Below are positions 48,607 to 59,551 of a stretch of DNA of 64,000 nt, in pieces. The stretch's first letter is position 1, and every line of letters starts with the position of its first letter. The stretch lies in sequence record OL436245.1; one strand, 5' to 3'. The position numbers and the translations under genes were made by a program. A model generated the notes under the pieces. The model was given only the letters and a program-made list of their open reading frames with translations, had not been told where the DNA came from and made no database searches. This DNA is from Staphylococcus phage vB_SurM-PSU4.

Positions 48607-51600
48607 ATGGCAGTTAATTTAAGGACTTCTCCTTATAATGATAGATTTGACCCTAGAAAAGATAGGGTCAAGTTATTGTTTAATCCTGATAGACCATTAC
48701 AACAAGCTGAATTAAATGAAATGCAATCTATCATAGAATATTACCAAAAGAATTTTGGAGATTCAATCTTCAAAGACGGAGATATTCAATCAGGATTAAA
48801 CTTTACATTAACACAAGATAATGTCCTAACCTTAAACCCAGGTTATGTATATATAGGAGGAAGAATTCGTTACTATGATGGTGATGATTCTATTCAATTA
48901 TCAGGTGTAGGTAAAGAGACAATAGGATTGAAATTAACACAAACAATTATAACACCTGATGAAGATTCTAGTTTATTAGACCAAACAAATGGTGTACCTA
49001 GTTACTTCTCTAGAGGTGCTGATAGGCTCGAAGAAAAATTATCAATAGGACTTAATGACCCTACTTCAGCACCAATTCATGTTTTCCAAGATGGGAAATT
49101 ATATATTCGTTCACTTAACCCTGAAGCCGAGAAGTTCCATACTATACTAGCTGAAAGAACATATGACGAATCAGGTTCATATAAAGTAGAAGGATTTAAT
49201 ATATTCTCTGAGGAAAGACCAGAAGATAAAGGTAAAGATACTGTACCTGTAGTTATTGATGCAGGTAAAGCTTATGTAGAAGGTTTTAAAGTAGATAAAC
49301 CAACCTCAACTCGAATATCTGTACCAAAGTCTACAGCAACGAAAAAAGGTACAAATGAATCTACAGTATTTAATAAATCTGACAATAAAATCACTCTAGC
49401 AAATGCACCTGTTAAATCAGTAGATAGAGTATCTGGACAAGTATTAGTTACTAAAGAAGAAGTAGGTAGAGCAAGTGCAGGAGATAGTGCAGACTACCTC
49501 AAAAATAACACAGCTTTTGAAGTTGTAAAAGTATGGACAGAATCAAGCCCAGGTAATACACTTAAAGAATATAAACAAGGTCAAGATTATGTGTTAACCA
49601 ATGGACAAGAAATTAATTGGTCTCCTCAAGGTCAAGAACCTCAAGGTGGTACAAGTTACTATGTATCATATAAATATACAAGAACTATGCGTGAAGGAAC
49701 AGATTACAAAGTAGTCAATGTAAATGAAGGTGAAGGTGTATTAGAAAGAACATACTTAGACTTCAATCTAAATGGTGTTAAACCAATTGACCAATCCGTT
49801 ATTTTAGTAGACTATACTTACTACTTAGCACGTAAAGATGTTCTTATGTTAAATAAATATGGGGATATTACTAGACTTGAAGGTGAACCTGATATTCTAA
49901 GAATGGCAGTTGCACCACAACAAACAGACCCATTAAACTTAAAATTAGGTATCGTAACTGTATTACCTAATTCAGATGAAGCTTATTGTGAAGAAGATTC
50001 TGTTAAACGTTTATCAATGTCTGAATTACAGAAACTTAAAACAAGACTAGAAAACGTAGAATATAACCAAGCTGTTAATGCTTTAGACCAAGATGCAATG
50101 GAAGGGCAAGACCCTCTTACACTACGTTCTGTTTTCTCAGAAGGTTTTATTAGTCTTGATAAAGCAGACATCACTAATTCTAATTTTGGTGTATCCTTTA
50201 GTTTTGAAGATGCTGAGGCTACATTACAGTTTACTACAGCAGTTAATGAACCTAGTATTGACAAGAACAAAACAAATGCTCATATATGGGGAAGATTAGT
50301 TTCTGCTCCATTTACAGAAGAGAGGGCACTTTTCCAATCACAAGCAAGTGAAACAATGAACGTTAACCCTTATAACATTCCAAATAAACAAGGGGTATTA
50401 CGAATTACACCAAGTGAGGATAACTGGATTGATGAGGAACGTATTACAGTTACAGACCAAAAAACAAAAACAATGACCGTTAATCGTTGGTGGAGACACT
50501 TAGATGACCCTAACAGGTTCGGTTCTAATGAACAAGCAGCATTTAATAATATTAAATTAGATGCAGGGCAATCATGGGGTAACCAAGGACGAACAGCAGG
50601 TGCTGCTTACAGATATGATACTAAATATGGTCGTACTGGTACAATGCTTGAAGCAGGTGGAACTAGAACACTAGAAGAAGCTATTGAGTTTATTCGTGTA
50701 AGAGATATTAATTTTACAGTTACAGGCTTACATCCTAATGCTGATAACTTATACGTACTGTTCGATGGAATTCGTTGTCCTATTGTTCCACATACAGATA
50801 GAGGGTTCACAAAAGGTTCTGAATCTGGTACAATTAGAACAAATGCTAAAGGAAGAGCTGAAGGTCACTTTACAATTCCAGCAGGTGTACGTTGTGGTAC
50901 GAGAGAGGTTACAATAAGAAACGAGGAATCTGTAGCTTCTACTTCATATTCAGCACATGGACGTAAGAAAACAGTACAAGATGTTATTATTCGTACACGA
51001 GTTACAATTAACTTAGTAGACCCACTAGCACAATCATTCCAATTCTTAGATAATAGAACGATAAGTTCTCTAGGATTATACTTTGCTAGTAAAGGGGATA
51101 AGAATTCTAACGTAACAATTCAAATTCGTGAAATGGGAGACCAAGGTTTCCCAACAAAAGTAATTTGTGCTGAAACAGTATTAAATGCTGACGACATTAA
51201 AATCTCTAATGATGCAAGTGCAGAAACAAGAGTTTACTTTGATGACCCAATGATGGCTCAAGCAGGTAAAGAGTATGCAATTGTAGTTATTACAGAGAAT
51301 GATGATTATACTATGTGGATAGGGACAAGAACACAACCGAAAATAGATAAACCTAAAGAAACAATATCTGGTAACCCTTATTTAGAAGGTGTACTATTCA
51401 GTTCATCCAACGCAAGTACATGGTCTGTTCACCAAAACTCTGATATGAAATTTGGCGTATATACTTCTAGATATGAAGAAAACGGTACTATAGAATTTGA
51501 CCCTATTGAGAATGTAGAAGCAGATAGAGTAGTGCTTATGTCTTCTTATCTAACTCCAGAAAATACAGGTTGTTTCTGGGAAGCTAAGATTATTTTTGAA

Positions 51601-52104
51601 GACATGGATGAAGGTGTAACGTTCGATATGCTTACTTGGCAACCAATTGGTAACTATCAAGATATTGACTTAGGGGCAAAAGCTAGACAGATTAAACTTA
51701 GAGCTACATTTAAATCTAATAGATATATTTCCCCATTACTAAGCTCAAGTGACTTAACATTTACTACATTCTTAACTGAATTAACAGGTAGTTATGTAGG
51801 TAGAGCAATCGACATGTCAGAAGCACCATACAACACTATTAGAATAAGTTATGAAGCTTTCTTACCACAAGGAACAAAAGTAACACCTAAATATTCTACA
51901 GATAATGGTTCTACATGGAAAACGTTCACTGAGACACCAGATGTTAGAAGAGCAAACACAGAATTCTATAGATATGTTATAGAAGAAAAAGTTAAATCTA
52001 GTGGAACATATGATAACTTTAAAGTTCGTTTAGATTTAGAAACACAAAATAGCTTCTTAAGACCAAGAATTAGAAGACTTATGTGTACGATGAGAGAAGA
52101 ATAA
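48607..52104 (+). CDS. Adsorption-associated tail protein / tail fiber
   Basis: 1165-aa ORF with a terminator downstream. Large, beta-rich composition. Confidence 0.5.
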   Translation: MAVNLRTSPYNDRFDPRKDRVKLLFNPDRPLQQAELNEMQSIIEYYQKNFGDSIFKDGDIQSGLNFTLTQDNVLTLNPGYVYIGGRIRYYDGDDSIQLSGVGKETIGLKLTQTIITPDEDSSLLDQTNGVPSYFSRGADRLEEKLSIGLNDPTSAPIHVFQDGKLYIRSLNPEAEKFHTILAERTYDESGSYKVEGFNIFSEERPEDKGKDTVPVVIDAGKAYVEGFKVDKPTSTRISVPKSTATKKGTNESTVFNKSDNKITLANAPVKSVDRVSGQVLVTKEEVGRASAGDSADYLKNNTAFEVVKVWTESSPGNTLKEYKQGQDYVLTNGQEINWSPQGQEPQGGTSYYVSYKYTRTMREGTDYKVVNVNEGEGVLERTYLDFNLNGVKPIDQSVILVDYTYYLARKDVLMLNKYGDITRLEGEPDILRMAVAPQQTDPLNLKLGIVTVLPNSDEAYCEEDSVKRLSMSELQKLKTRLENVEYNQAVNALDQDAMEGQDPLTLRSVFSEGFISLDKADITNSNFGVSFSFEDAEATLQFTTAVNEPSIDKNKTNAHIWGRLVSAPFTEERALFQSQASETMNVNPYNIPNKQGVLRITPSEDNWIDEERITVTDQKTKTMTVNRWWRHLDDPNRFGSNEQAAFNNIKLDAGQSWGNQGRTAGAAYRYDTKYGRTGTMLEAGGTRTLEEAIEFIRVRDINFTVTGLHPNADNLYVLFDGIRCPIVPHTDRGFTKGSESGTIRTNAKGRAEGHFTIPAGVRCGTREVTIRNEESVASTSYSAHGRKKTVQDVIIRTRVTINLVDPLAQSFQFLDNRTISSLGLYFASKGDKNSNVTIQIREMGDQGFPTKVICAETVLNADDIKISNDASAETRVYFDDPMMAQAGKEYAIVVITENDDYTMWIGTRTQPKIDKPKETISGNPYLEGVLFSSSNASTWSVHQNSDMKFGVYTSRYEENGTIEFDPIENVEADRVVLMSSYLTPENTGCFWEAKIIFEDMDEGVTFDMLTWQPIGNYQDIDLGAKARQIKLRATFKSNRYISPLLSSSDLTFTTFLTELTGSYVGRAIDMSEAPYNTIRISYEAFLPQGTKVTPKYSTDNGSTWKTFTETPDVRRANTEFYRYVIEEKVKSSGTYDNFKVRLDLETQNSFLRPRIRRLMCTMREE

Positions 52105-52106
52105 TA

Positions 52107-52129
52107 AAAGGGCTATCAAGCCCTTTTTC
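52107..52129 (+). terminator. Rho-independent terminator
   Basis: aaagggct-atca-agcccttt hairpin followed by a T-run. Confidence 0.6.
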
Positions 52130-52162
52130 TTACATACAAAAAATACTTAAGAGGTGAAAGAA

Positions 52163-52333
52163 ATGCCTACAGAAAAAAGAGATTATTATTCAGGTGCATT
52201 ATTATTTGTACCTACACGAGAAGAAAGAACAACAAAAAAGCTTAAAGAAGATTTGAGAAGTGAACTAGACGAAGTTAAAAAAATAAAAGAAGAATATATG
52301 AAAGAATTAAACAAATTGAGAGAAGGTAAATAG
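52163..52333 (+). CDS. Small hypothetical protein (56 aa, below ORF-track cutoff)
   Basis: ATG preceded by a GAGGTGAAAG RBS. The charged helical peptide ends 3 nt before the next gene. Confidence 0.35.
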   Translation: MPTEKRDYYSGALLFVPTREERTTKKLKEDLRSELDEVKKIKEEYMKELNKLREGK

Positions 52334-52336
52334 AAT

Positions 52337-54319
52337 ATGGCATTTGAATTTAATAGCTTAACTGAAAAGCAATATTTATCTGATATGACTAAGGAAGTAA
52401 ATAAGGTAGGAGAATACCTAAAGAATGAACTAACTAAAGAAGATGTAGAGACCGTAGATTCTCCTGACTTTGAAGATATTTTAAAATATATAAATGTAAC
52501 AGGAAATTATTATGTAACAACCTCTAAAAACCAACCTAAAGATTCAAATTGGAATGGTTTTGTTTTCTTTGAAAAGAGAAATAATAACTCCTACAAAATA
52601 TATTTTAATCCTTATAATAATGAAAACTTATATTTAAGAACCTACCGTAATGGAGTACTATCTGATTGGAAAAAGTTTGTATTGGACGAAGAAACAAATA
52701 ATTGGCAAAAATATAAATTTACCAATGAACAAGGTCAATATACTACACAAGAAGATATAGATATTAGAGAATTAAATAATAGTAAAACAATATATGTTAA
52801 GAACTTAGTAGACCCTCCAAAACCTGAAATGAATGAAGGATGGTTAGAGACAAAAGTTCATGAGAATGGTAATACAAGTATCACAACATTCAATCCTGTT
52901 AATTCTACTACAACATATACAAAAATGCAAAAAAGAGCTAGGGAAGTACAAAACCCTAACTTAATTAAAGATGCTTTATTTACAAAAATACCTCAGAGGT
53001 ACACAGAAGAAACAGTAGATAAAGCTTGGAGCTCTCAAATAATTGGTGTATCAAGAGGCATAGATTTTGATACAGGAGTTAAATTTCAAGGTCAAAAAAC
53101 AGTAGGTATTTCGGATACTACTTCATATAATCATCCATTAATAAGAAGTAATTATTTAGAAGTAGGTAAAGATGTTAAAGTGGGAGACGAAATTACGTTC
53201 TCTTCTTACGTTATGGTTGATAATGTAGATGCTATGAAAGATAACTGGGTTTATATACAAATTGCTAAATATGATAGTATAAATTCAGACATAAATAATC
53301 AAATAGGTAGTGCTACAACGGTTAATGGAACTAATGCTATAGAAATAATTAAACCAGGTGAGTGGGTAAGAATAACCAATACACAAACAGTTCCTTCAGG
53401 AGTTAAGTACATTACAGGTAACTTAAGAGGGAATTTAACTAGAACAGCCCCATCAAACAGTTGGACAGCTTATTTCGCACTACCTAAATTGGAAAAGGGA
53501 GATAAAGTTACCCCATTTATTACACATGTAGATGATAAGAAACAATTTGATGAAATCTATACAAATTGGTTAGAAAACCCTGATGAACAATCTATATTAA
53601 ATAACTACCCAACAGATATTAACAATGATAACTATTTCAAATATACGTTTTGGAAGAACGAAGTAGGAAATATGACTTTACAAGATTTAATACAAACACT
53701 ACCTCAAGGTTTCCATACTTTTTACGCTCAAGGTGGTATAGAAGGGACTCCAAAAGGTAATTCTGTAAGAGGGACAGTTCAAGTAGATAATGATAATGGA
53801 GATACAAAATCAGGTCGTAAGTTTATTAATGCACAATTTACAGATTACGATGGGTTAAACTATAATTTGTATTACGATGATAATAGATTCAGTGAAGCAG
53901 ACAGTCAAGAAGGGTGGTCTCCTTTAAGAAAGACAGAACAAGCAACATACTTGTGGGATGGTACCCTAGACTTAGGAGAAATAGGAGCTAAAGTTAAATT
54001 ATCTGATAGTATACACAATTATGAGTTTTTAGATGTAACTTATTATACAAATGCAGCAGGGCATCTTGCTACTAGAAGAGTTAGAGTTTCTCCTGATTTC
54101 TCTGAATACTATTATATAAGAGACTTTAACTTAAGTAATAGTTCTACAGGAACAGGATTCGGTGCTTTCGAGGGCTATTTTATTGTATCTAATGATAATC
54201 CTATAGAGGCTGTATCTGGAATGTCTAAAAATTTAAGTGTTACAGATAAAAAAGTAAATAGATTTAATGAAAAAGGTGATATATCAATAAAACGTATAAC
54301 AGGAATTAATACATTGTAG
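52337..54319 (+). CDS. Receptor-binding protein / tail fiber
   Basis: 660-aa ORF whose N-terminal ~40 aa are paralogous to 54747-56147 (MAFEFNSLTEKQYLSDMTKEVNKVG vs MAVEFNRITETDTFLKYTEELNKIG). Confidence 0.55.
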   Translation: MAFEFNSLTEKQYLSDMTKEVNKVGEYLKNELTKEDVETVDSPDFEDILKYINVTGNYYVTTSKNQPKDSNWNGFVFFEKRNNNSYKIYFNPYNNENLYLRTYRNGVLSDWKKFVLDEETNNWQKYKFTNEQGQYTTQEDIDIRELNNSKTIYVKNLVDPPKPEMNEGWLETKVHENGNTSITTFNPVNSTTTYTKMQKRAREVQNPNLIKDALFTKIPQRYTEETVDKAWSSQIIGVSRGIDFDTGVKFQGQKTVGISDTTSYNHPLIRSNYLEVGKDVKVGDEITFSSYVMVDNVDAMKDNWVYIQIAKYDSINSDINNQIGSATTVNGTNAIEIIKPGEWVRITNTQTVPSGVKYITGNLRGNLTRTAPSNSWTAYFALPKLEKGDKVTPFITHVDDKKQFDEIYTNWLENPDEQSILNNYPTDINNDNYFKYTFWKNEVGNMTLQDLIQTLPQGFHTFYAQGGIEGTPKGNSVRGTVQVDNDNGDTKSGRKFINAQFTDYDGLNYNLYYDDNRFSEADSQEGWSPLRKTEQATYLWDGTLDLGEIGAKVKLSDSIHNYEFLDVTYYTNAAGHLATRRVRVSPDFSEYYYIRDFNLSNSSTGTGFGAFEGYFIVSNDNPIEAVSGMSKNLSVTDKKVNRFNEKGDISIKRITGINTL

Positions 54320-54333
54320 AAAAGGAGAGATTT

Positions 54334-54747
54334 ATGATGACTAAAACAATTGAACCTAGTTTTAGAAATGTAGACTATAGAAATAATGATAATATAACCT
54401 TAAACGTTGATACTGAAACAGGGATTATTACAGGGTATACAACATTCGGAGGTATAACAGGAGAAGATGACCCTAGAAGTTTTTACTTTGAAAATGCAAG
54501 CCTACTTTTACCCGATAATTTCTTTAAAGACTATGATACAGATAGGTTTGTTTTACTTACAGAACCTTACGAGGTTAGAGAAAATACCGAATATGGGGAA
54601 ATTGTAAAACGTAGAGAAGAAGAACAACGTAAAAGAGAAGAACAACAACAACAAGTTGAAACAGTATCTAGAGAAGAATATGATAAATTAGCTAAAGAAT
54701 TAGAAGAACTTAAAAAATTAATATTAGGTAAGGGAGAATCTAAATAA
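54334..54747 (+). CDS. Tail fiber-associated protein (possible chaperone/linker)
   Basis: 137-aa ORF with a coiled-coil C-terminus (EEEQRKREEQQQQ...). Confidence 0.45.
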   Translation: MMTKTIEPSFRNVDYRNNDNITLNVDTETGIITGYTTFGGITGEDDPRSFYFENASLLLPDNFFKDYDTDRFVLLTEPYEVRENTEYGEIVKRREEEQRKREEQQQQVETVSREEYDKLAKELEELKKLILGKGESK

Positions 54748-56147
54748 TGGCTGTAGAATTTAACAGAATAACAGAAACTGATACCTTCCTTAAATACACA
54801 GAAGAACTTAATAAAATAGGTGGGGAGTTGTCTAAATCAGGCAATATCTTCACCCAAGTTAATGACTTAAAATCTTCTTTAGGAAACTCACAAAGATACA
54901 AACTAACAACAGATACAGGATTAGCTTTAAGCAAGACAATAAGATACTTGTCAGACTTAACTCAAGCAGGTACTTATTATGTGACAGCATCTGTATTAGC
55001 AACATTACCAGATAAACCTAAATCTCTAATTACAAGTGATTCTATTATAGAAATAAAACCTACAAGAAGAGAAGCTGAAGTTATTCAGCAAATCACAACA
55101 TTAGGTAAAAACTTAGAAGATGGTAAAGTTGTTTATAGGTTTATTACACAAGAAGGTAACTCAGAGTGGGTATACTTTAATGCGTTATCTAATAATAGAT
55201 ATTTTAGTAAGTCTTTAGACTTATCAAATACAGCTGAACCTGGTACTTATTTCTTAACAAATAATAGTACTGGTTTACCTGAAGAAATTAAAAATCCTGA
55301 AGGTGTTGTTAAAATATTTGTAGATAACAATAATAATAAATACTATGAATATTATAATAATGAATTAGGAATGTTCTATACAGGGTATAAAACTTCATCT
55401 CAATCATCAATAGGTTGGAAGACAAATAAAACAGATGCAAGTGAAATACAGAACCTCTTATTAGGGGATGTAGGTGTTACAGAGACAGGTAAAGAGTATT
55501 CAAACTTTGGTCTATTTGTTTATAAGTCAGATAATATTGATTGGGAAACAGCAGTATTAAATAAGTTAAAAACAGGTAAAACAATGTTTACCTTCTATTG
55601 TCAAGGTGGTGTAGATAAATCACCTGCTGGTAAGTATAGTAGCCGAGGAATGGTAATTTCTGATACACCAGAAGGTGGTTACGGTATTTATTACGCAATT
55701 ACCAATGGTGGGAGATTATTTACAGGAGCTATAAGTAGTTCCACTTTCACCCCTCCAAATACTACACCAAGTGGAAATGTCCTATGGCAAGGTGCTTTAA
55801 ACTTTAAAACAGTTAATAAAACTCAAAAAATGAGAGACACAATTAATAATTATGAATATGTTGAAGTATATACTAAAATGAGAACCTTTAAAGAAACTAA
55901 AGGAAAAGACCTTATTCAAAATATAGCACATAAATTCTATAGAGATGGAGAAACTTATTTTGTATGTACAGGCTCTATACTAGGTGGAGAGTTTGATGGA
56001 AGTAAAAATGTTCCTTCTCAAGATGTATACAGAGTAAGTTTAGAGTTTAAAGGAGATACCTTCCAACTTAAAGATAGTGCAATAAATAGTGATAAAACTC
56101 AATATGTAACCAGAATCATTGGTTATAATATGATAGATGCCTTTTAA
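54747..56147 (+). CDS. Receptor-binding protein / tail fiber (paralogous N-terminus)
   Basis: 466-aa ORF sharing an N-terminal anchor domain with 52337-54319. Confidence 0.55.
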   Translation: MAVEFNRITETDTFLKYTEELNKIGGELSKSGNIFTQVNDLKSSLGNSQRYKLTTDTGLALSKTIRYLSDLTQAGTYYVTASVLATLPDKPKSLITSDSIIEIKPTRREAEVIQQITTLGKNLEDGKVVYRFITQEGNSEWVYFNALSNNRYFSKSLDLSNTAEPGTYFLTNNSTGLPEEIKNPEGVVKIFVDNNNNKYYEYYNNELGMFYTGYKTSSQSSIGWKTNKTDASEIQNLLLGDVGVTETGKEYSNFGLFVYKSDNIDWETAVLNKLKTGKTMFTFYCQGGVDKSPAGKYSSRGMVISDTPEGGYGIYYAITNGGRLFTGAISSSTFTPPNTTPSGNVLWQGALNFKTVNKTQKMRDTINNYEYVEVYTKMRTFKETKGKDLIQNIAHKFYRDGETYFVCTGSILGGEFDGSKNVPSQDVYRVSLEFKGDTFQLKDSAINSDKTQYVTRIIGYNMIDAF

Positions 56148-56166
56148 TAAAGGGCATCTTTTTTTG
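56135..56166 (+). terminator. Rho-independent terminator
   Basis: agatgcctttt-aataa-agggcatct hairpin spanning the stop, followed by T8. Confidence 0.6.
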
Positions 56167-56214
56167 ACTTAATTTAACTTATATGGTATAATAAATACAT
56201 GGTGGGTATGAATA

Positions 56215-57975
56215 TTGAAAGGAGAACAAATGAAATTATATTTGCAAAATATTTATACTTACGTGGAATTTGGTGGTAACGAAGAAACGTTAAGGGAGGT
56301 TTTTAGGAAGAGGGTGCATACACATATAGGTGTAAGAGCACAAGGTTATCAATTTGTTAAAGCATTTAAACTTAAGAAATGGGATGGATATACAGACTTC
56401 TATGAATTCGATAAAGATAGATTTCCTAGTGGGCTTTTAGAACAAGTAAAAGAATTATTATACGATTTACAGAATAGGTATACATTCCAATTTGATGTTG
56501 TAGATGAAAGAAGTGAAGCTTTCTTAGAACCAGAAGATATAACTAAAGAAATAAAGTTATTAGATAACAAGATAGGAACAATTACGCTAAGAGATTATCA
56601 ACAAGAAGCTGTAGAGGAATCTCTAGTTAAGTATGATGGGCTTGTAAATATAGCGACTAATGGTGGAAAAACAGAAATCGCTAGTGGTATTATACAAGAA
56701 CTTCTACCTTACTTAGAAAAAGGAGAAACGATTGCTTTCTTCACACATAGTAAAGAGATATTCCATCAAACAGCAGATAGAATGAAAGAGAGACTAAACA
56801 TTCCTATAGGTAAAATAGGTGCAGGTTCATTTGATATAAAACAAGTAAACGTGGTAATGATACCTACAGTTAATGCAAACCTTAAAGACCCTAGCGAGGG
56901 TGTAACTTTAACTCAGAAACAAATGATATATAAGAAAGTTTCTTTACATGTATTACCTAAACTATCTACAACACCTAACAAAAGAACAATGTTATTCTTA
57001 ATGTTAGAACAAATGAAAGTTAAAACAAAAGCAGACCAAGCATTTAAAGAAGAACTAACTAAAATATATCAAGAACATAAATCAGATTCAGAATTAATGA
57101 TGAAATTAAATACGTATAATGTTAAGTATCAAGAAATCCTTAGAAAGAAAAATGAAAAGAAGTATGATAAGTACTACAAGATGAAAGACTTCTTACAGAG
57201 TATTGTATGTTTCATTGGTGATGAATTCCATCATGCTAAATCTGATACTTGGTATACAAGTTTATTACAATGTGAAAATGCTTTATACAAAATAGGACTA
57301 ACAGGTTCTATTGACCACAGTGACCCTCTAACAGTACAGAGATTAAAAGCGATATGTGGAGAAATACTTATTAAAGTATCTAATGATTATCTAATAGAAA
57401 GAGGAATATCAGCTAGACCAACAATCAATTCAATACCTATAGCTAACCCAACTGACTTAGAGGAAGAAAATCAATACCAAGTAGCATATGATAAAGGTAT
57501 TGTGAATAATGAATTTAGAAATACATTAGTTGCAAAAATAACAGAAAAGTGTTATCATGATAATAAAGGTATTTTAATTATTGTTAATTTCTTACAACAT
57601 GGTAATAATATATCGGAATTACTAGAAAGTTATGATATTCCTCATGAATTTATTTACGGTGATTTAGAAACAGATAAACGTAAACAGTATTTATCTGATA
57701 TGAAGTCAGGTAAACTTAAAGTTCTTATTGCTACTTCACTTATAGATGAAGGTGTGGATATTTCTGGAATTAATACTTTAATTATTGCAGCAGGAGGAAA
57801 ATCCTTAAGACAGGTATTACAAAGAATAGGTCGTGCTTTAAGACGTAAAGAAGAAGACAATACAACACAAATATATGACTTTATAGATATGACTAATAAA
57901 TTCCTCTATAAACATTATTTAGAGAGAAGAAGTATTTATGATAACGAAAACTTTGAAGTAAGAGAAATAAAATAG
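56215..57975 (+). CDS. SF2 DNA helicase (DExH box)
   Basis: It has Walker A-like ATNGGKTEIASG, a DEFHH motif (DExH), and C-terminal helicase motifs (QRIGRALRR). Confidence 0.7.
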   Translation: MKGEQMKLYLQNIYTYVEFGGNEETLREVFRKRVHTHIGVRAQGYQFVKAFKLKKWDGYTDFYEFDKDRFPSGLLEQVKELLYDLQNRYTFQFDVVDERSEAFLEPEDITKEIKLLDNKIGTITLRDYQQEAVEESLVKYDGLVNIATNGGKTEIASGIIQELLPYLEKGETIAFFTHSKEIFHQTADRMKERLNIPIGKIGAGSFDIKQVNVVMIPTVNANLKDPSEGVTLTQKQMIYKKVSLHVLPKLSTTPNKRTMLFLMLEQMKVKTKADQAFKEELTKIYQEHKSDSELMMKLNTYNVKYQEILRKKNEKKYDKYYKMKDFLQSIVCFIGDEFHHAKSDTWYTSLLQCENALYKIGLTGSIDHSDPLTVQRLKAICGEILIKVSNDYLIERGISARPTINSIPIANPTDLEEENQYQVAYDKGIVNNEFRNTLVAKITEKCYHDNKGILIIVNFLQHGNNISELLESYDIPHEFIYGDLETDKRKQYLSDMKSGKLKVLIATSLIDEGVDISGINTLIIAAGGKSLRQVLQRIGRALRRKEEDNTTQIYDFIDMTNKFLYKHYLERRSIYDNENFEVREIK

Positions 57976-57991
57976 AAAGTGGTGGGTTAAT

Positions 57992-59536
57992 GTGGATAAG
58001 CAAGAAGTACTTAAATATTTAAAAGAAAACAGTAAGCAAAGATTATTTAATATAAGAACTAAGAAATTACTAGCTGAAAAATTAAGTATCTCTATACCTA
58101 TATTAAATAGTAGACTAAAACAACTAGAAGAAGAGAATAAGATTAAAGTAGAAAAGAAGAAACAAGGTTTAGATATTATTATTAATACAGAAGTAGACCT
58201 TCAATATTTTCTCAATACTAATGAAAATATTATCGAATCTGATAGTGATTATGCAAAAGACTTGAGGTCTAGGGTATTTTACAGAAAAGAGAATAAGAGA
58301 ACACCTAAAGAACAAGTTGTCTTTGATTCGATTACAGATGAGGAAAGAAAAATAATTCAAGAAATGAACTTTAGAATGAGATATAGTAGATTTCCAACCA
58401 AAGAAGTCTTTGAAGTATCCTCTGACCCAGAGAAACATTTTAAGACTTATATACTCTCGAAAATATATGATAAACTTTGTACAATACACTTAAAGGTTAG
58501 AAAAAGAAAGTTTAAAGAACAAACAGAGAAAGCAATTAAGAATAATGAATCACCAGAATACATTTCTTCTTTAGAAGCTAAATCTAATTATTATGCAAAA
58601 CAAGTTGTTAAGTACGAAAGACAACAAACTCTTAATGATGATTTCTTTGGTAACACAACTTATGGTTATTTCCTATACCTGTATCATCTATCTTATGAAA
58701 TAGATATAATTAAATTTATGATAAATGTATTTAGTACACATAGTTTTATGTTTGAGCAAGGTAAAGAAGATAAACCTGTACCTCAACCTGTAGAGTTTAC
58801 AGAACAAAGAAAGATAGATAATTATTATAAATATCTGGATGCAATTAGAAATCGTATGAATAGTGATAATAGACAACTCACTAACTACACACAACGAATG
58901 AATAGTGAAGTTGAATATAATGAAGATACAATCTTACAACAATTAAAGCTATTATTAATTAAAGACTATCATCATTTAACTTATGATATTAATACAGTAT
59001 TTAATGTAGCTATGGATTTAGAAGATTATCAAATGGGTTTAATCGAGCAGAAACAACAACACTTACTTAATTATTACCAAACGTTCAAAGAAGAAATAAA
59101 ACAATTTGAACAAGAGGACAAAGAAAAGATAGATAGGTTTGTTAAGCTACTAATTATAGATAGTTATGCACCTAAAACAATTACTAATACTTATAGATTA
59201 TCTATGTTCCCTCTACAAAGAATGTATTTAATTGATTTAATTCTTTCAGAACAAACTAGAGCTTTATCTGTAGCACATCTAAGAAGGATAGGATTAATCC
59301 GACCTCTTAATAACAACGTCTTAGAGATTGAAGGTTTGACTGATACTGAAGCAGATATACGATTAGGAGCAGACTTTGTAAATGCACATAATGATATTAT
59401 AGACTATAATACTTTAAGGATGTTTGGTTACTACACAGGGTTAGATATAGATATGAGAGAAATAAAACACATACTGGAAAAATATAATAAAAAACATTTG
59501 ATTCCACTTACAAAGTATGGTATGTTAAATATATAG
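57992..59536 (+). CDS. Putative replication-associated protein (N-terminal wHTH-like)
   Basis: 514-aa ORF between the two helicase genes; no catalytic motif recognised. Confidence 0.4.
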   Translation: MDKQEVLKYLKENSKQRLFNIRTKKLLAEKLSISIPILNSRLKQLEEENKIKVEKKKQGLDIIINTEVDLQYFLNTNENIIESDSDYAKDLRSRVFYRKENKRTPKEQVVFDSITDEERKIIQEMNFRMRYSRFPTKEVFEVSSDPEKHFKTYILSKIYDKLCTIHLKVRKRKFKEQTEKAIKNNESPEYISSLEAKSNYYAKQVVKYERQQTLNDDFFGNTTYGYFLYLYHLSYEIDIIKFMINVFSTHSFMFEQGKEDKPVPQPVEFTEQRKIDNYYKYLDAIRNRMNSDNRQLTNYTQRMNSEVEYNEDTILQQLKLLLIKDYHHLTYDINTVFNVAMDLEDYQMGLIEQKQQHLLNYYQTFKEEIKQFEQEDKEKIDRFVKLLIIDSYAPKTITNTYRLSMFPLQRMYLIDLILSEQTRALSVAHLRRIGLIRPLNNNVLEIEGLTDTEADIRLGADFVNAHNDIIDYNTLRMFGYYTGLDIDMREIKHILEKYNKKHLIPLTKYGMLNI

Positions 59537-59551
59537 GAAAGGAGTACTAAG

